A stretch of 64,000 bases of DNA, taken from assembly GCA_951406725.2 (NCBI GenBank), contig OX597835.1:10106001-10170000 (forward strand), written 5' to 3'. Source of the stretch: Octopus vulgaris. Lineage: Eukaryota. Shown here piece by piece: positions 12,979 to 29,863 of the stretch. The translations under genes were made by a program, and so were the position numbers. How positions within the stretch are numbered: the stretch's first letter is position 1; each line of letters starts with the position of its first letter. The notes under the pieces were generated by a model, which saw nothing but the letters and a program-made list of their open reading frames with translations, had not been told where the DNA came from and did not search any database.

Positions 12979-13568
12979 AATATTAGTTACGTGCAAGACC
13001 CTAGCTCCACCAAAACAAAACGCCACTGGAAAGTATTGTGGTTCACGCCACCATTCTCTTTAAACGTTAAGACCAGAGCAGATAAGTGTGTTTCTGTGTG
13101 TTTATTTGGGCACGGGATTTGGTGTATTTTTATGTCAATATTTTATATGTTTGTATGTTTATGAGTATGCCTGCGTACATAGATATAAATTTGTGTTTAT
13201 ATATCTGGCTTTCTGAGTACGTTTGGGGGAGTATAGTTGTAGAATGTTTTCAACGCATCTCACTTTCTGTCCTTCATCTTGTGAGCATATATACGTGTGT
13301 GTGTGTGTCGTTACCAATTTGTTTTACTAATGTTCTGAATGGACACCAAAACGCAACACAGCGTTAATCAGTCTGCGCAACTTCTCAACCATTTCCTTTA
13401 TACAAAGGCAAAAAAAAAAAAAAACATTTTCTTCTCGTTTTTAATGATCTTATTAGTTGCTTTTTTTTAAATTCTTTTAAATTCATGTTCTTGCTGTATT
13501 TTTCCTTTTCTGTTATTTTGTAAATATCATCATCATCATCATCATAATCATCATCATCATCATCATCA

Positions 13569-13629
<61 letters not shown>

Positions 13630-13686
13630 CATTAATATTACTATTATTATTGTTGTTGTCATCATCATTATTATTACCATTATTTT

Positions 13687-13721
<35 letters not shown>

Positions 13722-13752
13722 TATTATCATTATTATTATTATTATTATTATT

Positions 13753-14307
13753 GAGTGAGCGAGCAGAGCATGCCATCAAAGTGACACTGGGGTAAAATAT
13801 ACGAAGCCCAGTATACCCATCATGACTACCCGTCCGATAAGGGCACACCAGGCACATGCATCACAACCATATGTGCGCGACATGGTGATCTCATATCAAG
13901 ATAAACAGCACATGACCTTGCAGGTGGAGCCCAGTTAGAATTTTCTTCAGATCGAGTAACCCATCCCGCTCAAAAGGTCCCTGAATAAGGGCTGTCCAAG
14001 GACGTTGAACGAAACACCCATGTTTCCAGAGGTGAATTATTCAAACCCCAAAGAATCCCTCTCAACACATGGCTATGATGCTCCCCCACTACTTCTGCTC
14101 GTGATCAGAGATGCACATATCGTCAGCCACTAAGGACATGCTCAACTGGTTAATGGTCAAACAACTGACAAGCAACTCTGTGGTATTGAGCAGAATATTT
14201 GCTGTAGCCCATCTTTTATACCAAGACAAAACAATGTACATGATAACACTTCCAATCAGTTAAGATCAGAAGCCATGAGAGCCACTGCCTGGTACTGCAT
14301 CAGGGCA
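13753..14307. mobile_element. ~555-bp unclassified element embedded in (ATT)n
   Basis: Complex, more GC-rich, non-coding block sharply bounded on both sides by (ATT)n arrays. Confidence 0.5.
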
Positions 14308-15010
<703 letters not shown>

Positions 15011-15603
15011 TCTTCAAAGCTCTCGGTCTCACTTTATTATCATCATCATCGTCCTCATCATCATCATTGCTGTTGTCGTTGTTATTGTCTAACCTTCCAG
15101 CGCTAGCAGTTATCTCTGTAGTTTTATTTATTGTTTATTCTTTATATCATTATTATTATTATTTTTCTTTGTCATCGATGCTCTTGTTCTTGTTGTTGCT
15201 GCATATTTTTTTTTATTCATTTTTACACCTGTTTTTTTTTTTTTACATTTTTGCAGTTGTTATTATCGTCTCTTATTTATTTTTGTTTCTTTTTTGTTTT
15301 ATTTTCATTTTCATTTATGATGCTATAATTGTTTCCTGTGTATTGTTGTTGTTGTTTTTGAATTACATTTGAAATTGTTTTGTTTTTTTAATGCTTTTTT
15401 TAATTCTTTGTTCTGTTTTATTGCTTTTAGTTTAGAATTTTGAATGTTTTCTTTGTCGCCACCATAACTTTGTTTATTACCTTGTTAGTGTTGCTGTTCA
15501 TGTTCTTGTTCTTGTTAACCTGTCGTCCTCATACGTCTCCTTTTCGTTCTACATCATTTTTTTATTTCTATGTAGCGTTACTGTATATAAATATATATGC
15601 GTA

Positions 15604-15675
<72 letters not shown>

Positions 15676-15907
15676 TATGTATATGTATATATACATATAT
15701 ACATTTATATATATACCAATTAAGGACTGAACACGAAAAGTGGACAGTCAACATGCTAGATATAGACGTCAAATCGCCATTCTCCACATTTTGTGTTCAG
15801 TCCTTAATTGGTATATATAAATATTTAATCTTCGGATTCTTTTTTTAATATGCTAGACCACTGGTTTTAATTGATAAATATTGATTTCTACCTTTAATTA
15901 ATTTTAC

Positions 15908-15955
<48 letters not shown>

Positions 15956-16033
15956 GAGAGAGAGAGAATTTACAAAACAAAACAAAAGACGAAGACGGGT
16001 GTGTAAACAACAAACAGGTGTATTAGTAAAACG

Positions 16034-16250
16034 CATCATCTCCAGCTGGCTATTCGACACAATCTGTGTCCTTATATTTTCGAACAAGGGAATCTAGTAC
16101 CCCCCAACTCAGCTCAAAACAATATCTGTGTATGATGAAGGGAAATAACCCGGAAATCGTGATACACAGATATCGTTTTGAGCTGAGTGGGGGTGCTAGA
16201 TTCCCTTGTTCTAAATAAAAGATCGTGTCGTATAACCAGCTGGAGACGAT
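16034..16250 (+). mobile_element. Fold-back element centred on a partly overwritten hammerhead core
   Basis: Arms ~16034-16133 and ~16162-16250. The centre reads (a)UGAUGA aGGGaaauaaCCCg GAAA UCguGA UA cacagauau. Confidence 0.65.
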
Positions 16251-16611
16251 GTCTCCTGGGGCTAAATTACAGCAATATTCGTCCTAAATAATGACTGCTA
16301 TGTTATGTTGGCAAACAATCTTTACTCCAAAGTACTGTTGCTGAATATCTCACGTTGCGAGATTTAAAAATAGTAATTTTCTAATGAATATTTAAGTTTG
16401 TACTGTATGTAAATTTGATCTATTAATATAAATACCTATATATTTATACGTTATTCATCGTTTCAAAGTCTTCAGTCCTTGCTTTCTCTCTTTCTCTTGT
16501 TTTCCATCTATACATATACACATATATTGTATATCAAACCCAAGCTGTTATATTTAATTTGCTTATCTACATAATTGCCTTATATATATTTATAAGCAAA
16601 GTAGCTAGTTG

Positions 16612-17063
16612 TACTATACTAATATAAGATGAGAGTAGTAACAAGTAAGGCTAATCGCCACATCAGTATGGCTGTTCAATGTCACTACTAATTTAACCCC
16701 AGGCAGATCTTCCGCCAGCTGGTTATAGGTACAGCCTGCTTCCTGTATATATTTCCAGCAAGGGAGCGAATCCCTACCAACCTACAGCAGATTAATTTCG
16801 ATCCAGTTTGTTCATCTTCAGTCGCGAACACATGGTCGCCAGAGAGATAGCCAGAGTGCGCTCCAGCAAGCAGTATATATTATCGGAGGTCAGCAGCTGC
16901 TGTGAAAAAAGGTAGTGAAACAAAAAAGGGCCAGGGGATTAGGTTAGGAGTTATGTACCTTCGTTTGGGTTAGCTGTGAAGCCAGGAAGAGTTATCTTGA
17001 AGTGGAGAAGGTGTGTATTATTAATGTGGTGCACCTGTAGATATTGGTCACTGATTTTGCAAC
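16612..17063 (-). mobile_element. 452-bp insertion with an 18-bp target-site duplication and an HHR-like motif
   Basis: aagcaaagtagctagttg at 16594-16611 and 17064-17081. Minus strand 16785-16826 reads CUGAAGA...gauc GAAA UUAA UC ugc. Contains the 165-bp repeat. Confidence 0.7.
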
Positions 17064-19099
17064 AAGCAAAGTAGCTAGTTGCTTTTCTTTGATGCATCAT
17101 TGTAATAAGTCACAGTTTTAGCAGCTCACCTTTATGCAACTGGATATAAGGCTTACTTCTTTCCAATCTGCCGAATGACAGCGGCAGGAGAGTATTTATA
17201 AAGCTATAAACAAACTTGCAAATGACGTCTCCACATTTACTTGGTGGTAGAAAATTCGGATACGTCAAATAACCAACACGGCGTCGGTTATGAATAATTT
17301 CGGTATATTTATTCCTTCATAACGCATGCTTTGTTGATGGGCCAATAACCCGTGGACTTTATCTAAAGGATTTGTGCCAGTCATAGTTTTATCTCAATAA
17401 CGATTTATTTTGTGGCCGTGAAGAAAATGACGCAGTGTTTCCTTTTCTGGCAACAGCGATTACGCACAAGCAAAATTACTGAGTTACGACTTTCTTTCGA
17501 AGTGAGCATATTAAATTTCGTGGGCAGATTAAAACCGTCAACAGGGGGGGAATTTTTATGTCAGCCACATTGCTAGTCTGACATTAAAAATGTCTTCTTC
17601 ATTCCATATCATCACAATCAAGGGAATTGTTACGGGAAGAGGAAAAGAAAAGAGTCGAGTTAAAAATAAACTGGCGTCGATGATTGCGAAGAATGCGCAA
17701 AGTATCGAATAAAATACCTTCTCGTATTTGATTAAGTCCTTTTAATGGTGTCTCGATATTTGATTATGCATTTTTAATTATGGTTCGGTGTTTAATTACG
17801 TCTCCTGTGTAATTACTGGTCTCGTGGAAGTGCAGTATCTGATAGACGGATTTCTTCTCCTAAATTTCCAGCTTTACGACATTATTAACAGCCATAATTA
17901 GGATTTACCTTTGTTAAGAACTTTTGTTTTGCAGAAATAAAAGACAATAAAGTAAATTAGACAATAGAAAAATATTTTCGTATCAGATAATGTTATAATG
18001 ATAAAAGGCGATGGCTGTATTGATATCAAGCAGAGAGAACGGCTGTAACCTGTCTGCAATCTTGTACGAAATAAATAACAAAATCTGCGACAAAATCAGA
18101 ACTGAAGTAGTGATGACTACAGGCTAAACAAAAAAAAGTGTGTGTGTGAAAGAGAGAGAGGGGGTGTGTGTGTATTTGTGTGAGTGTGTGAGTGTATTTA
18201 AGTGTGTATTTAAGTGTGTATGTATACGTGTGTATGTGTGTGTATGTATATATGTAAATGTACGTATGAGTGTATGTGTATGTATGTATGTATGCGTGTG
18301 TATGTGTGTGTATGTATATATGTAAGTGTACGTATGAGTGTATGTGTATATATGTATGTGTATATATGTATGTATGTATATATGTATGTGTACGTATGAG
18401 TGTATGTGTATATATGTATGTGTATATATGTATGTATGTATATATGTATGTATATATGTAAGCGTACGTATGAGTGTATGTGTATATATGTATATATGTA
18501 TGTATGTATTATGTGAGTGTGAGTGTGTGTATGTTTGTATACGTGTGTGTACGTATGTATGTATGAATGTATGTATAAACAAGTATACATATATATATAT
18601 ATATACATATGTGTGTGTATAAACAAGCATATGTACATATATATATATATATATATGCATGCATACATATATACATAAATGTATGTATATATGTATGCAT
18701 GTATGTATATTCGTGCGTATGTATGAATGACTGTATTTATAAACAAGCATATACATATATATATATATATGTGTGTGTATGTGTATGTATACATTAGAAA
18801 GCATATATACATATATATATATATATATACATGCACACATAGATGCATAAATTTATTCATATATTCACATATATTCATATATGGGTGTGTGTATGCATAC
18901 GCTTATGTGTGTTTGCGTATATGCATGCGTTGGTATACATATATATGTCTTTTTATACGTGTTTGTATGTGTATCTGTGTGTAAATAGTTGTGACAAAAG
19001 TTGAATGTGGAGCTTCATTAAAAGATGTGTGTTTTTTGTTTTTTGTTTGTTTGTTTTTTTTTGGGGGGGGGGATTTGTTGTTGTTCTTTTTTTGTTACT

Positions 19100-19589
<490 letters not shown>

Positions 19590-19633
19590 TATATGTTGTG
19601 TTAACAAACAATTTATGAGGATACATATATACC

Positions 19634-19687
<54 letters not shown>

Positions 19688-19734
19688 ATGTATGTATGAT
19701 GTATGTATGTGTGTATGTATTTTTGTGTGTGTGT

Positions 19735-19924
19735 GTGTATGTCCCCCACAACATCCCTTGACAACCGATGCAAGTGTGTTTACGTCCCTGTAACATTAGC
19801 GGTTCGACAAAAGATACCAATAGAGTAAGAACTAGGCTTATAAACAATAAGTCCTGGTGTCGATTTGCTCGACTAAAGGCGGTGCTCCAGCATGGCCGCA
19901 GTCAAATGACTGAAACAAGTAAAA

Positions 19925-19926
<2 letters not shown>
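19735..19926 (+). mobile_element. SINE family A, 3' half
   Basis: Matches ~1030-1220. Confidence 0.85.
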
Positions 19927-19980
<54 letters not shown>

Positions 19981-19983
<3 letters not shown>

Positions 19984-20270
19984 TGTGATCACTGTGACCG
20001 ACCAGGCTATCAGATGTTGTTACACAACGCTGGTCACAATGCGCTTCGCATTGTTTTAGCCTTCAAATGACGCCACCCAGCTGGCTAAGCGAGCAGACCT
20101 ACAGAAGAAAGAGTGAGATAAAGTTGTGGCGAAAGGGTACAGCAGGGATCGCCACCATCCCCTGCCGGAGTCTCGTGGAGCTTTTAGGTGTTTTCGCTCA
20201 ATAAACACTCACAACGCCCGGTCTGGGAATCGAAACCGCGATCTTTCGACCGCGAGTCCGCTGCCTATAA

Positions 20271-20272
<2 letters not shown>
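19981..20272 (-). mobile_element. SINE family C head with tail type 2
   Basis: Head shared with 33978, 35033 and 61276. Distinct tail ending (gatcacagt)2. Confidence 0.8.
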
Positions 20273-20312
<40 letters not shown>

Positions 20313-20315
<3 letters not shown>

Positions 20316-20530
20316 TCTTTACTCTTTTTACTCTATTACTTGTTTCAGTCATTTGACTGCGGCCATGCTGGAGCACCGCCTTTAGTCGAGCAAATCGACC
20401 CCGGGACTTATTCTTCGTAAGCCCAGTACTTATTCTATCGGTCTCTTTTGCCGAACCGCTAAGTGACGGGGACGTAAACGCACCAGCATCGGTTGTCAAG
20501 CAATGCTAGGGGGACAAACACAGACACACA

Positions 20531-20568
<38 letters not shown>

Positions 20569-20733
20569 TATGACAGGCTTCTTTCAGTTTTCGTCTACCA
20601 AATTCACTCACGAGGCATTGGTCGGCCCGGGGCTATAGCAGAAGACACTTACCCAAGATGCCACGCAGTGGGACTGAACGCGGAACCATGTGGTTGGTTA
20701 GCAAGCTACTTACCACACAGCCACTCCTGCGCC
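20313..20733 (-). mobile_element. SINE family A, full length
   Basis: Reverse complement of 817-1234. Confidence 0.9.
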
Positions 20734-21165
20734 TATATTTATTATATAACATAGAATTGTTAAAATTAACAATCTCTACATAAAATTGTATAATTTATAA
20801 CATAGTATATATACACACACACACATACACACGCGCGCTCGTATGGTGTATTTGATTTTGCTGAATCGCAGCAAGAAGGGGGTTGACATTATGTTAGGGG
20901 AAGAAAGTGAGCGATTGTCTGAAAACTAATTTAAGAAGCACAGTTATGAAACATCAAACACATGAACGCCTCACACGTTGACGGAACGCGGTTTCATCTG
21001 ACTTCTGGTCTTCTCTTACAGACATCGGATCTTTCCATCACCCAGAACTGCTCCCCGACAGGGTTAACCGTGGTGCAAGGACGTTCCATTTTATAAAACC
21101 ACGGCCACAAGTGTAATACATCAGCTGCATCAATGTAAACTAATTTAGAAATTGATACAAGATTA

Positions 21166-21219
<54 letters not shown>

Positions 21220-21480
21220 GTGTTTGGTGTTTAGTTTCTATTTTATGTGTGTCCATGTGTACTTACGTTACTGTTTGTTTCCGTATGTGTGTGTGTATTT
21301 GAGTGAAATTTTTAAAGATTAAATTCAGCCAATTATGAGAAGAGAAGGCGATTCTATTTAATATCCGGAATAAATATCTCCTAAATAACCAACTGACAGA
21401 AAGAGTGCTGTACAGGAAATACACATTCTCTCTCTTACTAAAAATACGAATGCATACACACACACACACACACACACACA

Positions 21481-21517
<37 letters not shown>

Positions 21518-21619
21518 ACACACGCACACATGTAGAAATAAGAGTACGTACATATTACGTACATAGATTTCACATACATTCTACATACATACATATATAC
21601 AAACACACCCATTTGTATG

Positions 21620-21655
<36 letters not shown>

Positions 21656-21693
21656 GGTATAAATATATACACATACATATATATATACATATG

Positions 21694-21760
<67 letters not shown>

Positions 21761-21762
21761 TT

Positions 21763-21794
<32 letters not shown>

Positions 21795-21858
21795 CAAATA
21801 CACACGCATACACACAAACAAATGTATTTATATATTTATATGTGGATGTGTATATATG

Positions 21859-22017
<159 letters not shown>

Positions 22018-22651
22018 GCATACATAGATTTATATTTTGCAAATATTGGCAAAATTTGGGTCTATTTTTGTACCATAATGAATTATATTCTTCCTTTTTA
22101 ATATTCTTGTTTATCTATCGACTTCCATAAATCGAAAGAATTGTGTCTATTTCAGCCAAAATGGAGAATAATCTTATTCCGTGTTCTTTTTTCACTTTTT
22201 TTATATATTTATTTGTTTATATATTTATTTATTTTTATCGCTTGGAATATCTTGACTAACAGTAGTACTTCTATCGATATTCCTCATCAGCAGACCATTA
22301 GTGGTCTTTCACTAGAATCTGCTAATCGTTGCTTCCTGAAAGCCAATTTATTTACCATAATTTTCAAATCCAAAGGAGTAAGAACAGCATTGCAGCTCGT
22401 GTCTAAATGATGATAAACTCAGTATCTGAGAATCTCAACTAACTGGGCACAATACAAGGTCGAGCTACTAATCAAATAGATTGATGGTTAGTCAAGAGCT
22501 GTGTTCGACGTCCATAGAAGCAAAAACACTTTATTCTTAATGGCCTTGTTTGCTTGTTTGTCTCGCTGTAAAGAGATTCCATCAAAAAGTACAGCTTATG
22601 AGGGAATTTCTATTCGCTCACGCGACTGGTCAGAAAAGGTAGCGAAATACC

Positions 22652-23067
22652 TATTTCCTTATTACCCACAAGGGGCTAAACATAGAGGGGACAAACAAGG
22701 ACAGACATAGGTATTAAGTCGATTACATCGACCCCAGTGCGTAACTGGTGCTTAATTTATCGACCCCGAAAGGATGAAAGGCAAAGTCGACCTCGGCGTA
22801 ATTTGAACTCACAACGTAACGGCAGACGAAATACCTATTTCTTTATTACCCACAAGGGGCTAAACATAGAGGGGACAAACAAGGACAGACATAGGTATTA
22901 AGTCGATTACATCGACCCCAGTGCGTAACTGGTGCTTAATTTATCGACCCCGAAAGGATGAAAGGCAAAGTCGACCTCGGCGTAATTTGAACTCACAACG
23001 TAACGGCAGACGAAATATTGCAAAGCATTTCGCCCGGCGTGCTAACGCTTCTGCCAGCTCGCTGCCT
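22652..23067 (-). mobile_element. Tandem dimer of SINE family D
   Basis: ~183-bp unit repeated almost identically (22652-22834, then from 22835). Only the second unit carries the head. Confidence 0.9.
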
Positions 23068-23788
23068 TTGTGAAATACCCTTCCAATTACACCCTGACGT
23101 CGCCAAACTTGGAGGATACATTCAACAATGTAGTCCTAGATAAGCAAAGGGGCAAAGTCTTTTATAATTGGTTTTTATCGATAAAGGCTGTTGTTTGTCG
23201 GGGGATCACTGGAAGGAGAAAGAGAAGCCCACGAGGCTTAAACATTTTCTTACCCAGGGAGACAGATACTGATCATACTTGTTAAGTCATGCAGCTTTAC
23301 ACACGTACCCATGCACTCGTACACATGTAGATTAATGTACACACACGCACAAACACAACACACACACACACACACACACACGTATATACACATATATATG
23401 ATATATTAATGTAATTTGGATGTGTCTGTGTTTGAGTATGTTTTTGTATGTGTTTGTGTGTGTGTGTGTTTGTGTTTGTGTGTATGTGCGTGTGTGTATG
23501 TATGTGTATGTGTGTTTGTGAAACTTCTTGCTTCTTCAGTTGGTACAATTTCCCATAAACCCCTTTCTCAAAACAGCATCCGGTTAAGTTTTATTGAGAA
23601 TACAAGATATTACAGACAGTTTCAGAGACAGACAGACAGACACAAACAGATAGACAGACTGATAAACAGACACAAAGACGGGCAGTCAGGCAGTTAGGCA
23701 GTCAGACAAATTGATTGTTACCTACTGACAGTCGGACAGATAGACGCACAGACAGACTAACTGATAAACAGGTAAATAGATAGATATA

Positions 23789-24130
23789 TTTCTTTATTAG
23801 CCACACAGGGCTGCACACAGACAGGAAAAATTACAAGGTAGAGCTTTTCTTTTGGGGGTAAAAAAAGGGGGTTTGGTTTTCGATCAAAAGGGATCGTAAA
23901 AGGAAAGAAAGAGGTCAAAAAAGGGGGGGATAAATTTTTTTTTTTTTTTAAGTGGGGGAAGGGAAAGGAAAAAAAATTGATCAATAGGGATCGTTATCAC
24001 AGAAATGTCAATATGAAGTGTAAAGAGGAGGATAGGTGAGGTTTACCCGTGGAAAGAAAAGCCTACGGAAAAGACCACGGTAACCTCAGTCAATGAAGTC
24101 ACATGTTATATTTCTTTTTTTTCTGCAAAT
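23789..24130 (-). mobile_element. 3' UTR fragment of a LINE (Tx1/L1-like) in a (GATA/GACA)n tract
   Basis: Minus strand ends ...gtgtggctAATAAAgaaa then (TATC)n. Same terminus at 24435 and 25899. Confidence 0.65.
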
Positions 24131-24355
24131 AGGTAAATAGATAGATAGAAAGATAGTTAGATAGATAGAAGTTACAAAAAACAAAAGACGGATAGGGGTG
24201 TGTAAACAACAAACAGATGTATTAGTTTAACGCTCGGGAAGGTGAGAAAGTCTTTTTACGTTTCGAGCCTACGCTCTTCAACAGAAATGAACACAGAAAG
24301 AAAATAAAAAAAGACTTAGTGGCTCGCGATCTATCATGACGAATGCCGAACAGAC

Positions 24356-24422
<67 letters not shown>

Positions 24423-24434
24423 CAGACAGATATG

Positions 24435-24864
24435 TTTCTTTATTAGCCACACAGGGCTGCACACAGATAGAACAAATTACAAGGTAGAGCTTTTCATTTG
24501 AAGGTTTAAAAAAAAAAAAAAAAAAAGGAAGGGGGAGTTTCGATCAAAAGGGATCGTAAAAGGAGAGAAAGAGGACAAAAAAAAGGGGGGTTAAAAAAAA
24601 AGGGGGAGAGGAAAAAAAAAAAAAATTGATCAATGGGGATCGTTATCACAGAAATGTCAATATGAAGTGTAAAGGGGAGGACAGGTGAGGTTTACCCGTG
24701 GAAAGAAAAGCCTACGGAAAAGACCACGGTAACCTCGGTCAATGAAGTCACATTTTATATTTCTTTTTTTTTTTTTTGCAAATAAGCAACTCTCTGTTTT
24801 CGATTTCTGGGTTCATAGGACTATGCTCAAGGTGGCTTCGTCATTCATACGTGCCATTCTTGCT
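24435..24864 (-). mobile_element. Longer 5'-truncated copy of the same LINE 3' end
   Basis: Includes an ORF end ([16 protein letters not shown]), a T-rich 3' UTR and AATAA. Flanked on both sides by (GATA)n. Confidence 0.65.
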
Positions 24865-24880
24865 AGACAGATAGATAGAC

Positions 24881-24951
<71 letters not shown>

Positions 24952-24968
24952 CAGACAGATAGATAGAC

Positions 24969-25060
<92 letters not shown>

Positions 25061-25524
25061 TAGAGACATAGATAGGGGAACGATGTAGAGAAAGAAAGAG
25101 AGAATTCTAGAAAGTAAATGTCCTTGGGGTCATTATTTAAATAACATAAACCCCTGAAATATAAATCAATTTTTACCAATTCCACGCCTGATGCCATTAA
25201 GACAATCTATTTAATGTCAAATCACATGAATTTCTTATTTGTTTTCGGATCTGTTTTGCTTTCATTCTGTTTATCAAATTATTTGATTTGTATCATAATC
25301 GATATGATATATTATCAGCTTCATCAGATCCGCGCGTGCGTGTATGTGTGTGTGTATGAGTGTGTAACTGATAGACTAAAGGGAAGACAGGGAAAGAGAG
25401 AGAGAGAGAAAAAAAAACAGACTCAGAGAGTAAGAAAGAGTTGAAAAATCTATTAGTGTGAATTTGGGAATTATGTGTTTTGGGTTAAGGCGAAAAATTA
25501 ATGAAGATCAAAACACTCTTTTTT

Positions 25525-25590
<66 letters not shown>

Positions 25591-25625
25591 CTGTGTGTTG
25601 ACGTGTGTGAGAAACGAACACGTGT

Positions 25626-25709
<84 letters not shown>

Positions 25710-25734
25710 CTGGATAGATAGATAGATAGGTAGG

Positions 25735-25897
<163 letters not shown>

Positions 25898-25898
25898 G

Positions 25899-26030
25899 TT
25901 TCTTTATTGGCCACACAGGGCTGCACACAGATGGGACAAGTTACAAGGTAGAGCTTTTCTTTTGGGGGATGAAAAAAACAAAAAACAATAGAAACAAAAA
26001 AGGGGGTTGCGTAGGTTTTCGAAGAAAAGG
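25899..26030 (-). mobile_element. Third short copy of the same LINE 3' end
   Basis: tttctttattggccacacagggctgcacacagat directly after (GATA)n. Confidence 0.65.
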
Positions 26031-26349
26031 GAAGAAAAGAACAAAAAAAATAAATAAATAAAATAAAAAATAAAAAATAAAAAAAAAGATAGATAGATAG
26101 ATAGATACTTTTACCCACACACACGCACAAATAATAATTTTATATACATACATGTTGATGGGTGTGTGTGTGTATGTGTGCGGTGTTTAGAAATATAAGA
26201 GTAACGACAAATCGAAAATCTTCGTTCTCATTTAGAACTCACTAAAGTATGAATTAAATGTATGGTGTGTAATAACCCCCCTACGTTATAGTAGATTCGT
26301 CTTTTAAGCTTGCTGAGTTCATTCCCATATATATATATATATATATATA

Positions 26350-26520
26350 TTAGAAGAAATGAGGTAATCAGAAGATCGGATGGTTCATATTTATAGATAT
26401 TTATTTATATATTACATTTTTTACATATATATATCATATCATTCAGATCATATCATTCAGATTATTAGCGCTTTCTCCCATTCTAGTGGGGTTTTCAAAT
26501 CAAATTAATTCCTTTGTGGG
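26350..26520 (-). mobile_element. Probable 3' pseudo-LTR of the Penelope-like element, with a decayed hammerhead
   Basis: Minus strand 26461-26505: uUGAAaA cCCCAcuagaaUGGGa GAAA GCGC UA auaau, then AATAAA. Abuts (TA)n. Confidence 0.5.
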
Positions 26521-26549
26521 GAATTTAATCATTTTATAGAGTTTCGTAG

Positions 26550-27287
26550 TTGTGGGGAGGAATAAGACAGTACATCCGTTCTAAATGATATTCACTATTA
26601 TGATAGCTGCGTATGTCAACCATTCTTGCAGAATATTTACGCTGATTGAGCATGCAGATGAGGAATTACAATTGAAGAAGCCCTTGCATTTTAATTTTAT
26701 TCGTCGTCTTCCAATCGTTCTTCGTAGTTACTGCTCCCACTAAATCTGGCATGGTACAGTAGTAGCCTACCTTCAATGGATTTAAAACTTTTCTATATTT
26801 ATGATTGAGGGGGAAATGGTTCTTAGCCTACCTTCAATGGATTTAAAACGTTTTCTATATTTATGATTGAGGGGGAAATGGTTCTTTACAGGGTGGATAA
26901 ATTGTTTCCTAATTTAGTTCTTACATTAATCGAAAATGGAATATTAAACCATATAACTATAACTTCCCTTTTACGCTTGTTGCGTGTTGATTTAATTATC
27001 GATAATGTTCCATTGATTATTTGAAACACGCAGCTTTTAGTATAGCACTATATACGTTCATAACTCTGCTGAAAGACATTTTATTGCAAAACATAACTTC
27101 AAATGTAAAATATATTCTTGCAAATACCTGACATGGAGGATGATTAGAATTGTTATTAATGGTATCATAAGGTTTCAGGAACGGTTAAAATATACTCTTA
27201 TTTAGATCAAAAGTCACGTCCAGAAAATTAACATTTCAAGACGGGTGTTTATTGCAATTTTAAAATTAAGGGTGTTGAATAATTTTA
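26550..27287 (-). pseudogene. Penelope-like element ORF remnant: RT C-terminus, linker and start of the GIY-YIG region
   Basis: Manual translation gives VNFLDVTFDLN, LKPY...SNHPP, IWFNIPFSINVRTKLG, KNHFPLNHKYRK and NCNSSSACSISVNILQEWLTYAA, in PLE motif order with stops and frameshifts. A 61/62-bp tandem duplication lies at 26763-26885. Confidence 0.8.
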
Positions 27288-28542
<1,255 letters not shown>

Positions 28543-28544
28543 TT

Positions 28545-29230
28545 ATCTTTTTTTATCCGAAGATAATTCTTAACATTCATTCTTATTGTAAATCCTTATC
28601 CGTGTTTCATGTATGCAGTTTATAGTATCTAAATGTTTTGATATAGATGGTTTAAAACAAAAAGTATGCAAACAATACCTTTTTTATCCCAAATAGGTAA
28701 AAGCCGAACTAATAATAGATCTGCCATTCTCCAGAGCCAATAGTAAAGACCAATACGGTCTTTACTAATTCTATCTAATGTAGTTTTGCTAATTCTTTCA
28801 AATTCCACGTATGATTCAAAAAAAGTCTTGCAGAGGTATAGCTTTAAAAATTAGACTTATGATCCTTGCAAGTTATTTATAATCTTTCCAAATCAAGAAT
28901 TCTCACTTTATCGTCTATATTGAGATTAGATATTACAAGCTAAGCTTCGTTTGTTTGTTTGGGTTTTTTTAACCTAACGTATTCTGCGAAGTTTTCTTAT
29001 ATTTGTTGGTCATCGGAAGCACTAAATTCTATTTCCCAAGTATTTTTGATGTTATCAGTTTTCATAAAGAAATTTTCTTATTTTATTACATTCTTCAAAT
29101 TGTCAGTGATTTCACTAAGAAGCTATAATGAGTTTCTATTAGCTTAACATATTTTACCATTTTGAAAATGCCTTTCTTGCGATATTTCAATAGATGATTT
29201 CCTGGTATCTTTTATTAGATCTAAATCCAT
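28545..29230 (-). pseudogene. Penelope-like element ORF remnant: N-terminal RT region
   Basis: Manual translation gives FMKTDNIKNTWEI, NLNIDDKV, ITCKDHKSNF, ARL, ISKTTLDRI and FKPSISK, matching the PLE order ADKT..N, LxIDDR, TLKDHKxNF, ISKxxLDxI, FYPSI. Confidence 0.75.
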
Positions 29231-29455
29231 TTTTCAGTTCCTATGGCTTTTTTTTTTCTTTCATTAATTTTGTGTAAAAAGAAAACCTATTTTATTCTTT
29301 TGACTAAGCGTTCTGCACTATACACAGCACAGTTCATATACTGTTTATAAGAATGTGTGCCACGATTCTTGGTGGAGAGTTTAATCAGAAGGGCGGTTAT
29401 TAATTCAACAAATGTTTAAAACTAATGAAGGGCTCTATTCAATACTCTTTTTTTT

Positions 29456-29863
29456 TACTCTTTTACTTGTTTCGGTCATTTGACTGCGGCCATGCTGGAG
29501 CACCGCCTTTAGTCGAACAAATCGACTCCAGGACTTATTCTTTGTAAGCCCAGTACTTATTCTATCGGTCTCTTCTGCCGAACCGCTAAGTTACGGGGAC
29601 GTAAACACACCACCATCGGTTGTCAAGCAATGCTAGAGGGACAAAACCAGACACACAAACACACACATACATACATATATATATATATATATACATATAT
29701 ACGACAGGCTTCTTTTCAGTTTCCGTCTACCAAATCCACTCACAAGGCATTGGTCGGCACGGGGCTATAGCAGAAGACACTTGCCCAAGATGCCACGCAG
29801 TTTGAACTGAACCCGGAACCATGTGGTTGGTTAGCAAGCTACTTACAACACAGCCACTCCAGC
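29456..29863 (-). mobile_element. SINE family A, full length
   Basis: Reverse complement of 817-1234. Confidence 0.9.
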
